Positions 9,388-19,623 of a stretch of DNA of 64,000 nucleotides are shown here, one piece after another. Numbering within the stretch: position 1 is the stretch's first letter; the number at the start of each line of letters is the position of its first letter. A model generated the notes under the pieces. That model was given only the letters and a program-made list of their open reading frames with translations, was not told the DNA's origin and searched no databases. The position numbers were made by a program, and so were the translations under genes. The stretch is from a virus, in the IMG/VR virus record IMGVR_UViG_3300008113_005947, positions 1 through 64,000 of that record. The stretch is one strand, 5' to 3'.

Positions 9388-10529
9388 ATTTCAATTACTT
9401 TCACAGTCCATGATTCGTTAAACATATACATATAATGCTTTTCAGTATGTATATCGTATGCAATGACATGTATCATTTTATTATAGATAATCGGTCTACC
9501 AAACATTAAATTAGGATAATGTTTCTTATATACGATTTGTCCGTTAGTATTAACTGCAATGATAGGACAACTAGGAGTGCCACCGGGAAAGAATACAGAT
9601 AAGTTATAATAACTTATCCCGCTACGATATCTATATTTGCCGCCGTGGGTAATACCAATATCAAATGCCTTACTTTCTTTAGTAATAACATTGAATACGA
9701 CTCCCCAGTTACTATCCTCACAATGTTCATCTCCATAGGGCAACCCAATGATATGATTACAGTTATATACCATGCTGTTATATTTTTTAGCAAAGTCCGG
9801 GATATCAAGTTTGTATAACGATATCGTGTTAGTATCAGTATTAAACTCAACAACTTCATTTAAGCCCGGTTGTTCGCCATATGGTAAACTATAAAGAGAA
9901 TTGCCTTTGACAATTAAATCAGTATATTTACGGGTGATATCTCTATTAACCGGGATATTATATGACTTGAATTCATTACCATCAAAACTAACCAAGTCAG
10001 TATATCCTGGCTCATCCCCTCGAGGCATACTATAGAACTTGCCATTACAGTATACTGTGCCCATATGTGCTTTTGCGACTGTATGATTAAATGGTATTAA
10101 TTTTGGTACATCGTCTTTAATATACATTGCATATTGTGTGCCTTCATATCCTAGAGGGAAGCTAAATGCTTCGGTTCCATTACTAGCACCACTATAGAAC
10201 TGACCCTTGCCCTCTGCTTCAATAAAGTTTATAATAGGAACAAAGTCTTTAGTTAATTGCAATACTGTATTATAATTATTTTCATATATGCCGTAGGGAA
10301 TGAGCCAGCTAGAATTAGCTAGTGATACAACGCTATTTGTTTTGCTGACTGCGGGAGGCAATTCTGTATCAATATAACTAACAGAGCCGTCATACTTCAT
10401 AATCTTGTTATATTCAGGACAACGTTCAGTTGCAAAAGGCGGGCTAATCAAACACCCATGGTGATTATACAACAGTAAATGCTTGATATTACCTTCACGG
10501 TACCAATCTTGAAATGCTTTATATGTCAT
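9384..10529 (-). CDS. Hypothetical beta-propeller-like repeat protein
   Basis: Recurring (I/F)xxPxG motifs (IPYG, FPLG, MPRG, LPYG, LPYG, FPGG) about every 50 aa. Paralog of the adjacent gene. Confidence 0.55.
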   Translation of the reverse strand: MTYKAFQDWYREGNIKHLLLYNHHGCLISPPFATERCPEYNKIMKYDGSVSYIDTELPPAVSKTNSVVSLANSSWLIPYGIYENNYNTVLQLTKDFVPIINFIEAEGKGQFYSGASNGTEAFSFPLGYEGTQYAMYIKDDVPKLIPFNHTVAKAHMGTVYCNGKFYSMPRGDEPGYTDLVSFDGNEFKSYNIPVNRDITRKYTDLIVKGNSLYSLPYGEQPGLNEVVEFNTDTNTISLYKLDIPDFAKKYNSMVYNCNHIIGLPYGDEHCEDSNWGVVFNVITKESKAFDIGITHGGKYRYRSGISYYNLSVFFPGGTPSCPIIAVNTNGQIVYKKHYPNLMFGRPIIYNKMIHVIAYDIHTEKHYMYMFNESWTVKVIEI

Positions 10530-11751
10530 TTAAATCAATCGTTTTGATAACTGTTTCTGTGCTTGTGTCAAATACTAATAATGTTTGAAAGCTACTACTT
10601 TCTCCATAGGGAAATGCAAATATCTTATTGTCTACAATTAAGCATTGATTATATTTTTCAATAGTGGTATTGTCCAAAAAGTATTCACTTATGTCAACAG
10701 TATAACACAATTCGGTATTTGTGTCAACTACTAATACTTCTGCTAAATCCCCGTACTTTTTCCATTCTGTTTCTGGCTCACATACGCACCCGCCCCGTGG
10801 GATATAATATATCTTGCCCATAGTATTTTCTACACCCGCAAAATACTTTTTGCTTTCTTTACCTATCCCCAAATCTATCGTGTGCCAATCGTTAGTCTCA
10901 CCGTTAATTACTAGCATTTCACTCCAATTTTCTTCATGACCGGCTGGGGGGAAATATATCTTTCCGTTACTAGCAACAACATGACTATAATATTTCCTGC
11001 TTGTAGTCTTTAATCCTGTATTAACATAAGACCAAGTACCATTGTCAAATATAGATAACAAATCAAAGTTTTTATTTTCACTATAGGGCGGGGCGAATAG
11101 TTTGTTTTTATACTTAGCCACGGTGGTATATTTCTTATTACTAAACCCTTCAAGGTCTATATCAGCCCATAGACTACTCATGTCAGTTAATGTATAATCA
11201 TAACTATCACAATTGAATTCTATTCTATATGGGAAGTAGGGTTTATTCCATCGTTCTCCGCGGGGTAATCCATATATGGTATTACCTATTAGTTGTGTTG
11301 TGTGCCATTTCTTAGTGTCGTTTATAGCTAGGTTCACACTAAGATTCTTGTATATAACATCGTGTGTAGATATATCAAATATCACTGCATAATTATATTC
11401 CGTGTCTACACCGTAAGGAAGACTGATAATCTTATTGTTATATAGATGACAGCTATAATATTTACCTTTACCATAGAAGTTTAACCTAACATATTCTACG
11501 GAATCATCATCAGTATTAACGATTAATATACTATCCTCATTAAATGGTAGAAAGTATATCTTATTGTCAACTACTGTACCTGTAGTCCATTTCTCGTAAC
11601 TGTTACTGACATTTAACTTAATGCGTGATACAGTATATGTATTAGGATCTAGTTTCAGCATATAATCTAATGATTCGTCCAATCCATAGGGCGGCATATA
11701 TATCATACCATTATTAGCTAATGTCCCGTAACTAAATGCTTGTGGTGTCAT
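10519..11751 (-). CDS. Hypothetical beta-propeller-like repeat protein
   Basis: Repeats NGxIYxxPxG / NNKIxxLPYG and KKY. Probable ATG at 11751 (MTPQAF). Confidence 0.55.
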   Translation of the reverse strand: MTPQAFSYGTLANNGMIYMPPYGLDESLDYMLKLDPNTYTVSRIKLNVSNSYEKWTTGTVVDNKIYFLPFNEDSILIVNTDDDSVEYVRLNFYGKGKYYSCHLYNNKIISLPYGVDTEYNYAVIFDISTHDVIYKNLSVNLAINDTKKWHTTQLIGNTIYGLPRGERWNKPYFPYRIEFNCDSYDYTLTDMSSLWADIDLEGFSNKKYTTVAKYKNKLFAPPYSENKNFDLLSIFDNGTWSYVNTGLKTTSRKYYSHVVASNGKIYFPPAGHEENWSEMLVINGETNDWHTIDLGIGKESKKYFAGVENTMGKIYYIPRGGCVCEPETEWKKYGDLAEVLVVDTNTELCYTVDISEYFLDNTTIEKYNQCLIVDNKIFAFPYGESSSFQTLLVFDTSTETVIKTIDLNDI

Positions 11752-12184
11752 ACTTTTTGAATCTTTCTCCAAATTGGCTATATAAATCACTATAGAGTTT
11801 ATCATATGCTTCTACCTTAGGATATATCCCTACGTTGTCCCAGTCTATCATAGTTATATTATTATCATTAATTACGATATTACTAAGCACCCAGTCCCCA
11901 TGCACAAAGGGCAATGTATCTTCTATTTGTCCAATACAGAATTTATATATGTTATCTATGAATTTATCTGTATGTTCAAAGGTATTTGCAGTCTTACCCT
12001 CAACAACTTTATATTCAATATAATTGTAGCCCGACGATATAACATAGTTCGGAACAACAATGTCTAATATTCGTGCATGTTCTTTGACCCACTCAGTAGA
12101 TTTGTTGTCCCAGACTTTAATATAGCTATGTCCAGTATAATATACTTTACGCTGTTTAATTGTATTCTCTTTAACTAAAATCAT
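11732..12184 (-). CDS. Small APH/choline-kinase-like phosphotransferase
   Basis: Brenner motif FVHGDWVLSN followed by MIDWD. Confidence 0.75.
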   Translation of the reverse strand: MILVKENTIKQRKVYYTGHSYIKVWDNKSTEWVKEHARILDIVVPNYVISSGYNYIEYKVVEGKTANTFEHTDKFIDNIYKFCIGQIEDTLPFVHGDWVLSNIVINDNNITMIDWDNVGIYPKVEAYDKLYSDLYSQFGERFKKYDTTSI

Positions 12185-13190
12185 AATATTGTCCTAACTC
12201 CGGAAGATAATCTAATATATTGATAGCACGATTTTTGTCTAGGGTTTTCACACTATTAATAAACATTGTGGTTTCATTAACATACTCTCCCATACTGTAG
12301 TTTTTAATATCTTGTCTATGCTTTTCGTTACTGTTATTCAAGGATAGATATGAAGGGTGAGACAAGATGTTTTCATAAATCTTAATGTTATATCTAGCAA
12401 AATAGTCGTTGTACTCATCCATACGTAATACGTTTAATATCTGTACAGTTGGGCTGACGCTAACGTCAAACCCACAATCAATAGCTATCTCTAGGTTATT
12501 GATTATCTCTGAAAACTTGCTACCATAACGTATATAATCATTGACGGATCCAACCCCGTCTATGCTATAGCACATGTTTACATAATTAAACTCTTTTAAT
12601 ATGTCTAAAAGTTTCTTATTATATAATGTGCCGTTTGTATTAAATCTTAATTTAATATTTCTGTCTAATTTATTGATAAACTTATCTAGGTTCTTGACCA
12701 TAAAAGGTTCGCCACCGGTTAGATATATCTCACGCAATGTAGATATACTTGTGATTTGTTTCACAGCCTCTTCGCTATACCAATTATAATCAGTTGAGTC
12801 TATTTCTATCCAGGGGCTAGTCTTTCCCAAACTCTTATGTTCCTGCATTATGCTACTACTGCTACTAGGATTGCACATATTACACCGTAGATTACATTGG
12901 TTGCTGAATCGTATATCTAAATGACTTATGCCCGGTCCATAATGTTCAGGTCTTTGTCGCATACTAACTTTACCTAAACTCTCATCTATTCTGCAACTAC
13001 TACATGCATCGGGAAATATACCCCTACTTAATAACTGTTTAGCATTTAATAGTTTAGTACTTTTAGTCCACTGTTCTATAGTATGAGTTTTAATATTAAT
13101 ATCAGTAGACGGCTCCATGCTTTTACAACAGAATCTATATTCCCCATTGGTTCTAATGCAAACATGATGGTCCAGGTATTTACAATTCAT
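12171..13190 (-). CDS. Radical SAM protein with N-terminal twitch/SPASM-like domain
   Basis: C...GEYRFCC...CSSC, core CNLRCNMC, TGGEP, NTNG, SIDG. Confidence 0.9.
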   Translation of the reverse strand: MNCKYLDHHVCIRTNGEYRFCCKSMEPSTDINIKTHTIEQWTKSTKLLNAKQLLSRGIFPDACSSCRIDESLGKVSMRQRPEHYGPGISHLDIRFSNQCNLRCNMCNPSSSSSIMQEHKSLGKTSPWIEIDSTDYNWYSEEAVKQITSISTLREIYLTGGEPFMVKNLDKFINKLDRNIKLRFNTNGTLYNKKLLDILKEFNYVNMCYSIDGVGSVNDYIRYGSKFSEIINNLEIAIDCGFDVSVSPTVQILNVLRMDEYNDYFARYNIKIYENILSHPSYLSLNNSNEKHRQDIKNYSMGEYVNETTMFINSVKTLDKNRAINILDYLPELGQYYDFS

Positions 13191-13194
13191 CAGA

Positions 13195-13226
13195 TATTTA
13201 TAGACTAGACTTTAATCCATTAAATA
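13195..13226. promoter_or_regulatory. Back-to-back T4-late-like promoters
   Basis: TATAAATA on the minus strand (13202-13195, 4 nt from ATG 13190) and ATTAAATA on the plus strand (13219-13226, 5 nt from ATG 13232), within a 41-bp divergent gap. Confidence 0.6.
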
Positions 13227-13231
13227 TCATT

Positions 13232-13951
13232 ATGCACTTCCCTCAAGAATTAACAGACTATTTCTCAACACACAGAGAAAATCAATTTAAAGCCAAATAC
13301 CCAGACTTCTTTGACCCTAAATGGGTAGTAACAGAAAGTCAATGGCCATGGTTTAGGCTAAGCATATTTGATAATATGCCCTGGAAACAAATGCACGATG
13401 AAGCAGAGAAATTAATAGATAAATTTTATGTACACCGTGACGATTATGGTATGGGCTGGCGCAGTCTTACAATACATGGATTAAATGAGGATACACAAAG
13501 TTTAGACAGTTATGGATCTAATCGTATTGAAACATTAAAGAAATTAGATTATACATGGGTAGCAGATGAATGTCCTACAGTTAAGAAGTTTTTAACAGAG
13601 GTATGGCCTGCTGAGTATCTTAATCGTGTACGTTTTATGTTATTGGAGCCCGGTGGTTATATATTACCGCATCAGGATAGGCCAGACGACCAGAAAAGAT
13701 TAAGCGTCTGTAATATCAGTTTAAATCACCCGGAAGGATGTGAAATGATTATGAAGAATCAGGGCATAGTTCCTTTTAGTGATAGTGGTAGTGCAATGTT
13801 ATTAGATATATCTAACGAACATGCATATATTAATAACAGCGACAAGCCAAGACTTCATATGATTATTCATTATGAAATTGGAAATAGATTACGTGATTTC
13901 TTTTATGTATTGCGTCATAGTTACTATACAAATAGGATGAACAATGCGTGA
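13232..13951 (+). CDS. AspH-like (aspartyl/asparaginyl beta-hydroxylase family) Fe/2OG oxygenase
   Basis: GWRSL, CPTV, RVRFMLLEPGGYILPHQD, EHAYINNSDKPRLHMI. Confidence 0.85.
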   Translation: MHFPQELTDYFSTHRENQFKAKYPDFFDPKWVVTESQWPWFRLSIFDNMPWKQMHDEAEKLIDKFYVHRDDYGMGWRSLTIHGLNEDTQSLDSYGSNRIETLKKLDYTWVADECPTVKKFLTEVWPAEYLNRVRFMLLEPGGYILPHQDRPDDQKRLSVCNISLNHPEGCEMIMKNQGIVPFSDSGSAMLLDISNEHAYINNSDKPRLHMIIHYEIGNRLRDFFYVLRHSYYTNRMNNA

Positions 13952-15431
13952 TTGGAACAGTATAACTTACGACCGTTATCTAAGCGATAACAAACTAGAC
14001 ACTAAAGTGGGTCATGGCATATTAGATATAAGCCGTGATATTGATAGTGATTTTGTTAGAAAACGCACGTTTGACATGACCTTTTGGATGGTCAATCAAT
14101 GTCTTAAAATGGGGCATGGAAGCTATCGTGGATTTAATGAAAGCGTAAAAGAATTACTAAATGAGAGTTTAAATAGTGGCGATGAGATATGCATTATTCA
14201 ATGTCAGGGAATGATGAGTTTAAGACTAGCGCATATAGTTACTGAAAGCACAATATATTTTAGAAATAATCCAAATCATTTTGTAATTGGACATATAATG
14301 AATCGCAAGGGTAGATATCCTGGGATACATCGTCAGTTATTAATTGTTAATTTACGTGTCTGGGAACAATTAGGAAAGCCTGAATATTTAGAGAACGGAC
14401 ATTATTGGGACCGCAAGTTTAGTGGAGAAGATTTTATTGTAAGTGATAATAAGATATCCAGCGACTATGCGCCTGAGTATATTATACGCAATAGTGTACA
14501 TAATAAGACTGAATATAGTAGCACAGAAGATGGAAGTAATTGGGTTGATATTGCACTATCTAATGATATTCCAATACATAATCTAAGTTTAGATATGCGT
14601 GAGTGCAAATGCTTTTTATATCCCTACGAGGAAACAGATAAGATAGAGCGTGTTTGGAATAATCTACAGAATGAACAATTGGTAGATAGCTTAAGTAACT
14701 ACTCAACTAGAGCATGGATGCGTAAGCAAGCATATCAGGAGTTTATTGAAAAGGATCGTGTTTATGCATTTAATACAGAGAGATTAAGTGCTGAGGGTGT
14801 ACGTAGCCCGGGACCAATTGACAGTTTATTCTGTGCAGCCGCAGGGTTTAAACCATTAGCATTATTACGTAATAATCAGTTCCACGAGAATACAGTTGTG
14901 CATTATTTTGATTGGTGCAACAGCAGTTTGAATTTTAAAAAGCATTTACTAGAAACATGGGACGGACTTGAGTTTGATAAATGGTTAATTGAGCATGATT
15001 TAAAGTATAATTTCAGTAGCACATATCGTGGAAATTATAAAGAGTTTTGGGACCTAGAAATATCTAAAGAGTTTCATAGTGTTGAACAGTTTAAAGAACT
15101 ATGGGATAGATATAGAAAACTAGAACATCATTATCATGTTATTGACATTGTTAATGAGCCTGAAAAACTGTTTGACATAGTTAATAAACATGCAGGCAAT
15201 CGTGTATTATGGACTACAAATATCTGGGCTAGTCTAGCATTACACTGGAACGTTGAGCCAGAGTTATTAGAAGAAAAATATCTAAACTTTGAGAAATATA
15301 TACCAGATGATTTAATATTATATGGACAAGATTATATGGCACGTGACTTGCGTAGTCGTGTATTTGACGGATTTAAATTGACACATCCTCGTTACAGTAC
15401 AGAAAATAAATACATTAACATGGGAATTTAA
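13944..15431 (+). CDS. Hypothetical protein (495 aa); C-terminal half possibly SAM-binding Rossmann-like
   Basis: Long ORF within the operon. DSLFCAAAG...VVHYFDW weakly resembles methyltransferase motifs I/II. Confidence 0.5.
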   Translation: MRDWNSITYDRYLSDNKLDTKVGHGILDISRDIDSDFVRKRTFDMTFWMVNQCLKMGHGSYRGFNESVKELLNESLNSGDEICIIQCQGMMSLRLAHIVTESTIYFRNNPNHFVIGHIMNRKGRYPGIHRQLLIVNLRVWEQLGKPEYLENGHYWDRKFSGEDFIVSDNKISSDYAPEYIIRNSVHNKTEYSSTEDGSNWVDIALSNDIPIHNLSLDMRECKCFLYPYEETDKIERVWNNLQNEQLVDSLSNYSTRAWMRKQAYQEFIEKDRVYAFNTERLSAEGVRSPGPIDSLFCAAAGFKPLALLRNNQFHENTVVHYFDWCNSSLNFKKHLLETWDGLEFDKWLIEHDLKYNFSSTYRGNYKEFWDLEISKEFHSVEQFKELWDRYRKLEHHYHVIDIVNEPEKLFDIVNKHAGNRVLWTTNIWASLALHWNVEPELLEEKYLNFEKYIPDDLILYGQDYMARDLRSRVFDGFKLTHPRYSTENKYINMGI

Positions 15432-16151
15432 ATGAATAGAATAATCAAAAACTACGATGTAATTAGTAACGAGTTCTTATATGAGACTGATGACTGGGAT
15501 TTAGTTGAATTAAACTATACACTAGACATTGATAAACTCACAGACTGGTATAAACAACTAAGCACAGACTTTGAGTATATGCGTTTTATGTTTGATAAGT
15601 TCCCAGAAAAACTAGAATTATCTATCAGTAAACGAATGGTTGAAGAAGGCTATTGCGGATATTATTGTGGACCTATTGATGGTATTACATTAGCATGGCC
15701 AGAAGAAAGATATGAACCTCTTCCCCCGCCCGCTCAAGCAAACAGTGATATCTTCCCCGAAGTCAAGTATGATACATTTATTGACGATGCTAAAATAATG
15801 ACTAAATTTCGTGCAGGATATCTACAAGAAATGGTAGATATATTGGGTGAGGATAGCTTCCGTCAAGCTATTATTACTACGCATTATCCTGGCATGTATA
15901 TTCGTCAGCATATTGACAGCAAGGTATTGAAACTACATATCCCGGTAGAAACAAATAGTAATGCATTGTTTCATTTTGGGGAGAACAAAGAACGTAGTTA
16001 TCATATGCAGTTGGGTAAGATTTATCTATTGAATACAAATGATTGGCACGGAACTACAAACGAGAGTGACACAAAGCGTAGTCATATAATCACTAGAATT
16101 ATACCTGAACATGTACAATATGTGCTTGGATTAAAGAATGAGAATTATTGA
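15432..16151 (+). CDS. AspH-like Fe/2OG oxygenase
   Basis: QHIDS, KLHIPV, GKIYLLNT..WHGTTN...RSHII. Confidence 0.8.
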   Translation: MNRIIKNYDVISNEFLYETDDWDLVELNYTLDIDKLTDWYKQLSTDFEYMRFMFDKFPEKLELSISKRMVEEGYCGYYCGPIDGITLAWPEERYEPLPPPAQANSDIFPEVKYDTFIDDAKIMTKFRAGYLQEMVDILGEDSFRQAIITTHYPGMYIRQHIDSKVLKLHIPVETNSNALFHFGENKERSYHMQLGKIYLLNTNDWHGTTNESDTKRSHIITRIIPEHVQYVLGLKNENY

Positions 16152-16878
16152 GAATTACGATAACATACCATTAGAAAAGATAATGGGTGACGAATGGGAC
16201 CTGATAGTATTAAACAAGAAGGTTGATAAAGAAAAACTCTTAGACTGGTACAATACAATAGAATCTACATTAATAGAGAATAAATGCAATTTGCATGTTA
16301 ATAGAGAACTATTAAAGGGCTATGACAAGTATTATACAGGGAAAGAACGTGACTATGAGTATGATACAAATGCAGGGCCATTAAGATATCTAAACAGTTA
16401 TCAGATAACATGGCCTGTACAGAGAACAGGACCGTTGCCCCCGCCCTGGGCATGTAACATTGAATTGTTTCCTGAATTAAAACAATATGTAGATGATAAC
16501 AACGAGATAAACAAAGACATTGATTACGTTAATTGGGTCTATTTAAATCAGTATATATTTGGGGAGTTTAAGAACATATTGGAAGACTTTGGATATAAGT
16601 ATTTCCGTAATGTTAGAATCGCACAGCATTTAAATGGTTGCGAATTACCCGTACATACTGATGGATATGTTGTACGTATGCATATACCTATTACTACTGA
16701 CGATAGTTATTTTTATTGGGGAGAGAATAAAGAAAGACAATATAAATTATTGCCCGGGAATATCTATATAATCAATACTAAATTACCGCATTCTACTAGC
16801 AATCATGGCCCAGTACGTGCTAACATTATATTTGATTTAGACCCAGATGATATAATGGAATTTATATGCATAAAATGA
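16138..16878 (+). CDS. AspH-like Fe/2OG oxygenase
   Basis: VHTDG, RMHIPI, PGNIYIINTKLPHSTSN...RANII. Confidence 0.8.
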   Translation: MRIIENYDNIPLEKIMGDEWDLIVLNKKVDKEKLLDWYNTIESTLIENKCNLHVNRELLKGYDKYYTGKERDYEYDTNAGPLRYLNSYQITWPVQRTGPLPPPWACNIELFPELKQYVDDNNEINKDIDYVNWVYLNQYIFGEFKNILEDFGYKYFRNVRIAQHLNGCELPVHTDGYVVRMHIPITTDDSYFYWGENKERQYKLLPGNIYIINTKLPHSTSNHGPVRANIIFDLDPDDIMEFICIK

Positions 16879-17525
16879 AACGATATATTGAACAGCATGA
16901 ACCTATAGATTTGGGCTTTGTTGTTAAGAAGTTATTCACAGTAGATGTTGATAGAATACGTAGTTGGTATAGCGATTTAGAACGTGACTACGGTGATTGG
17001 AAGTTTATTATTGGAGAGAATCATCATGTGTGGGCTGAGCCAATTGTAGACTTAACGGGGACTACAGGGCATATATTACCCGACGATGCATATTATTATA
17101 CATTATGTTGGAATAGTGACGAGCCTGGCCCAAAGCCGTTTGAGCAAGGACAAGCTAAACCAGAGTATAAAGATGATGACAATGATGAATTAAATCCTAG
17201 AATGTGCTTTAATGGTTATGCATTAGAGTTGGTTCGTAATATGAACATGCGTAGTAAAAAATGGTTAGTAACTATACATACTCCGGGCACTAAATTAATC
17301 ACTCACCAGGATGCTACAGATAAGATACGTGTGCATATTCCTATATATACTAACACAGACAGTAATTGGATTATTGATGGTGTTGAATATCACATGGAGC
17401 CTGGATATGCATATCTAGTTAATACTACATTACCCCATAGCGTAGAGAACAAGGGCACAAGTAATCGTATACATTTATACGGGAAAGTATGGACAGAGGA
17501 TTATATTGATAGTAAAAGTTTATAA
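16866..17525 (+). CDS. AspH-like Fe/2OG oxygenase
   Basis: THQD, RVHIPI, HMEPGYAYLVNTTLPHSVENKGTSNRIHL. Confidence 0.85.
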   Translation: MHKMKRYIEQHEPIDLGFVVKKLFTVDVDRIRSWYSDLERDYGDWKFIIGENHHVWAEPIVDLTGTTGHILPDDAYYYTLCWNSDEPGPKPFEQGQAKPEYKDDDNDELNPRMCFNGYALELVRNMNMRSKKWLVTIHTPGTKLITHQDATDKIRVHIPIYTNTDSNWIIDGVEYHMEPGYAYLVNTTLPHSVENKGTSNRIHLYGKVWTEDYIDSKSL

Positions 17526-17952
17526 CATGAATCAGTTTCTGAATATGCATTATACTGATAATAATGTAGATTCATTTGAACAAGAATATTTCATATGCGT
17601 ACATAGCAACGGGTGGGTACATAGTATCAGTCACTTTGATATGCCACATAATAACGTACTAGACATTAAATTTGATGATGTTGATAGTGACGGGACCAAA
17701 CATGTACAGTGGTTTGGGGGAACAACAAAGGAAATTACTGTTAAAAAATTGACAGTTGACCAAGCTAAAGAAATTGTAGAATTTATAGATAAAGTACCAA
17801 ATGACGCAACGTTACATATATATTGCGCTAAGGGTAAAAGCCGTAGCACTGCAATAGCTAAATTTGTTGAGGAATATAGAAACAACAGTACATTAGATAT
17901 TAGTCATAACCAGTATGTATATACTATGTTGAGGGAAATAGTTCATGTTTGA
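17506..17952 (+). CDS. Cys-based (PTP/dual-specificity) phosphatase-like protein
   Basis: P-loop HIYCAKGKSRS (Cx5R-S), with upstream FDDV general-acid loop. Confidence 0.8.
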   Translation: MIVKVYNMNQFLNMHYTDNNVDSFEQEYFICVHSNGWVHSISHFDMPHNNVLDIKFDDVDSDGTKHVQWFGGTTKEITVKKLTVDQAKEIVEFIDKVPNDATLHIYCAKGKSRSTAIAKFVEEYRNNSTLDISHNQYVYTMLREIVHV

Positions 17953-19171
17953 TTTTACTATTAAAAGATTGGATAATATCAAGTTCAATGTCAATGAATT
18001 AATACAGTATTTTAACAAGATAGAATCAGATTACCAACATCTATGCTGGCGTGCTAAAGACAGTAATATAGACAGAATGACACACAAGATTGAGGGTGTA
18101 TATAGTTGGGCGATACAAACTAATCTTAAGGATATTAATAAACCCTGCCCACCCTATCATATTGAACATAGTGACGAAATATCAGACAATAATAACTTTG
18201 ATACTCCTACAGAGTTAATCTTTGGGTTTGGACAAAAGATTATTGATACATTTCCCAGAGTTCGTCAGACTGTTATTAGTTGTCATCCAGCGGATACATT
18301 TATTGATACGCATACAGACAATGACGAGTTTATTAAGATACATATCCCAATTAAAGCTAATGATAATAGCTATTTTATATTCGGGGAAGAGAAACATAAT
18401 CTACAAGTAGGACATGCTTATCTAGTTAATACTACGTTACCTCATAGTACTAACAATTTAGGAGATAGTGACAGATGCCATTTGATATTTAAGATACACC
18501 CAGAGGATATAGACAGTATTATACATGATGAGTATATACTTGATGACAGATTATTTGATTTTGATATACTAGAATTACCCAATTTTAAATTTGATTTAAA
18601 TGAATTAAGAGACTATTATAGTATAGTTACTAAGAGCAATTTAAGATTTGAATTACCTGCTATTGACAAAAACAATGACATTAGAAACTATCCACCCAAC
18701 TATGAATATAGCGTGGGTATATTTGGATATGGTATACAGAGTAACTTAGATGATGTAACAAAGCCATTAGAGCCACCGGGTAATTACAAGCAGAAGTCCA
18801 AGAACAAAAAGTCAATCAATCGTACAGTATTATGTACTGGGTTCGCACAGAAAATACTAGACATATTTCCCTATTGTGAAGAATTAGGTATCACCGGGCA
18901 TCCAAGTAAAACGCAACTACACCCGCATGTAGATAAGGACGTACATTTTAGAATACATTTACCCGTGTACACTAACGATAGTGCTGAGTTTAATTATGAC
19001 AAAACTTATATATTAGAAGCGGGTAAAGCATATCTAGTGAATACAAAGCGTACTCATAGTACTAATAATAAAGGTGATAGTGACAGAATTCATTTAATGT
19101 TTAAAGTACCAATTGGACATGTCAATAAAATAATTCACTCAACATATAATCTCTTAAATATTAGTCAATAG
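17945..19171 (+). CDS. Tandem two-domain AspH-like Fe/2OG oxygenase
   Basis: Two repeats: HTD...KIHIPI...AYLVNT..PHSTNN.G.SDR.HL and HVD...RIHLPV...AYLVNT..THSTNN.G.SDR.HL. Confidence 0.85.
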   Translation: MFDFTIKRLDNIKFNVNELIQYFNKIESDYQHLCWRAKDSNIDRMTHKIEGVYSWAIQTNLKDINKPCPPYHIEHSDEISDNNNFDTPTELIFGFGQKIIDTFPRVRQTVISCHPADTFIDTHTDNDEFIKIHIPIKANDNSYFIFGEEKHNLQVGHAYLVNTTLPHSTNNLGDSDRCHLIFKIHPEDIDSIIHDEYILDDRLFDFDILELPNFKFDLNELRDYYSIVTKSNLRFELPAIDKNNDIRNYPPNYEYSVGIFGYGIQSNLDDVTKPLEPPGNYKQKSKNKKSINRTVLCTGFAQKILDIFPYCEELGITGHPSKTQLHPHVDKDVHFRIHLPVYTNDSAEFNYDKTYILEAGKAYLVNTKRTHSTNNKGDSDRIHLMFKVPIGHVNKIIHSTYNLLNISQ

Positions 19172-19174
19172 GAG
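19153..19174 (+). promoter_or_regulatory. Late-like promoter (CTTAAATA) and RBS (AGGAG)
   Basis: TAAATA core followed by AGGAG, 5 nt before ATG 19180. Confidence 0.45.
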
Positions 19175-19179
19175 ATTAC

Positions 19180-19623
19180 ATGGATACTACATTAAGAACA
19201 TTTGTAAAGACATTAAGCTATAGAATTACAGCCGCATTAACTGTTTTTATTCTAAGTATTGTGTTAAGTTATGGAGCAGGGTTTGGACTTAAATTTTTAA
19301 TTATTACATTAACGTTTGGGTTCGTATTATTTTTCATCCACGAACGTGTATGGAATTTAGTTAAATGGGCTAAGGATGGTATTTATGATACCAAAAGACG
19401 TAGTATTGCTAAAACAGTTACGTGGAGAATTATGAGTTTCATTGCACTGTTTATTGTGGGTATGACACTAGGACTTAGTAGCAACGATGCATTTTGGTGG
19501 ACTATTATTAACAACATATCATTTGTGTTAATACATTATCTACATGAACGTGTATGGAATAAGATTACTTGGGGCAAGACTGAACATACAGTTGTCGTTG
19601 GCGATAGTATTCTGCAACATTAA
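19180..19623 (+). CDS. Tandem DUF2061-like small membrane protein
   Basis: Two copies of R(T/S)xxKTx(S/T)(Y/W)RI...HERVW with hydrophobic helices. Confidence 0.75.
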   Translation: MDTTLRTFVKTLSYRITAALTVFILSIVLSYGAGFGLKFLIITLTFGFVLFFIHERVWNLVKWAKDGIYDTKRRSIAKTVTWRIMSFIALFIVGMTLGLSSNDAFWWTIINNISFVLIHYLHERVWNKITWGKTEHTVVVGDSILQH

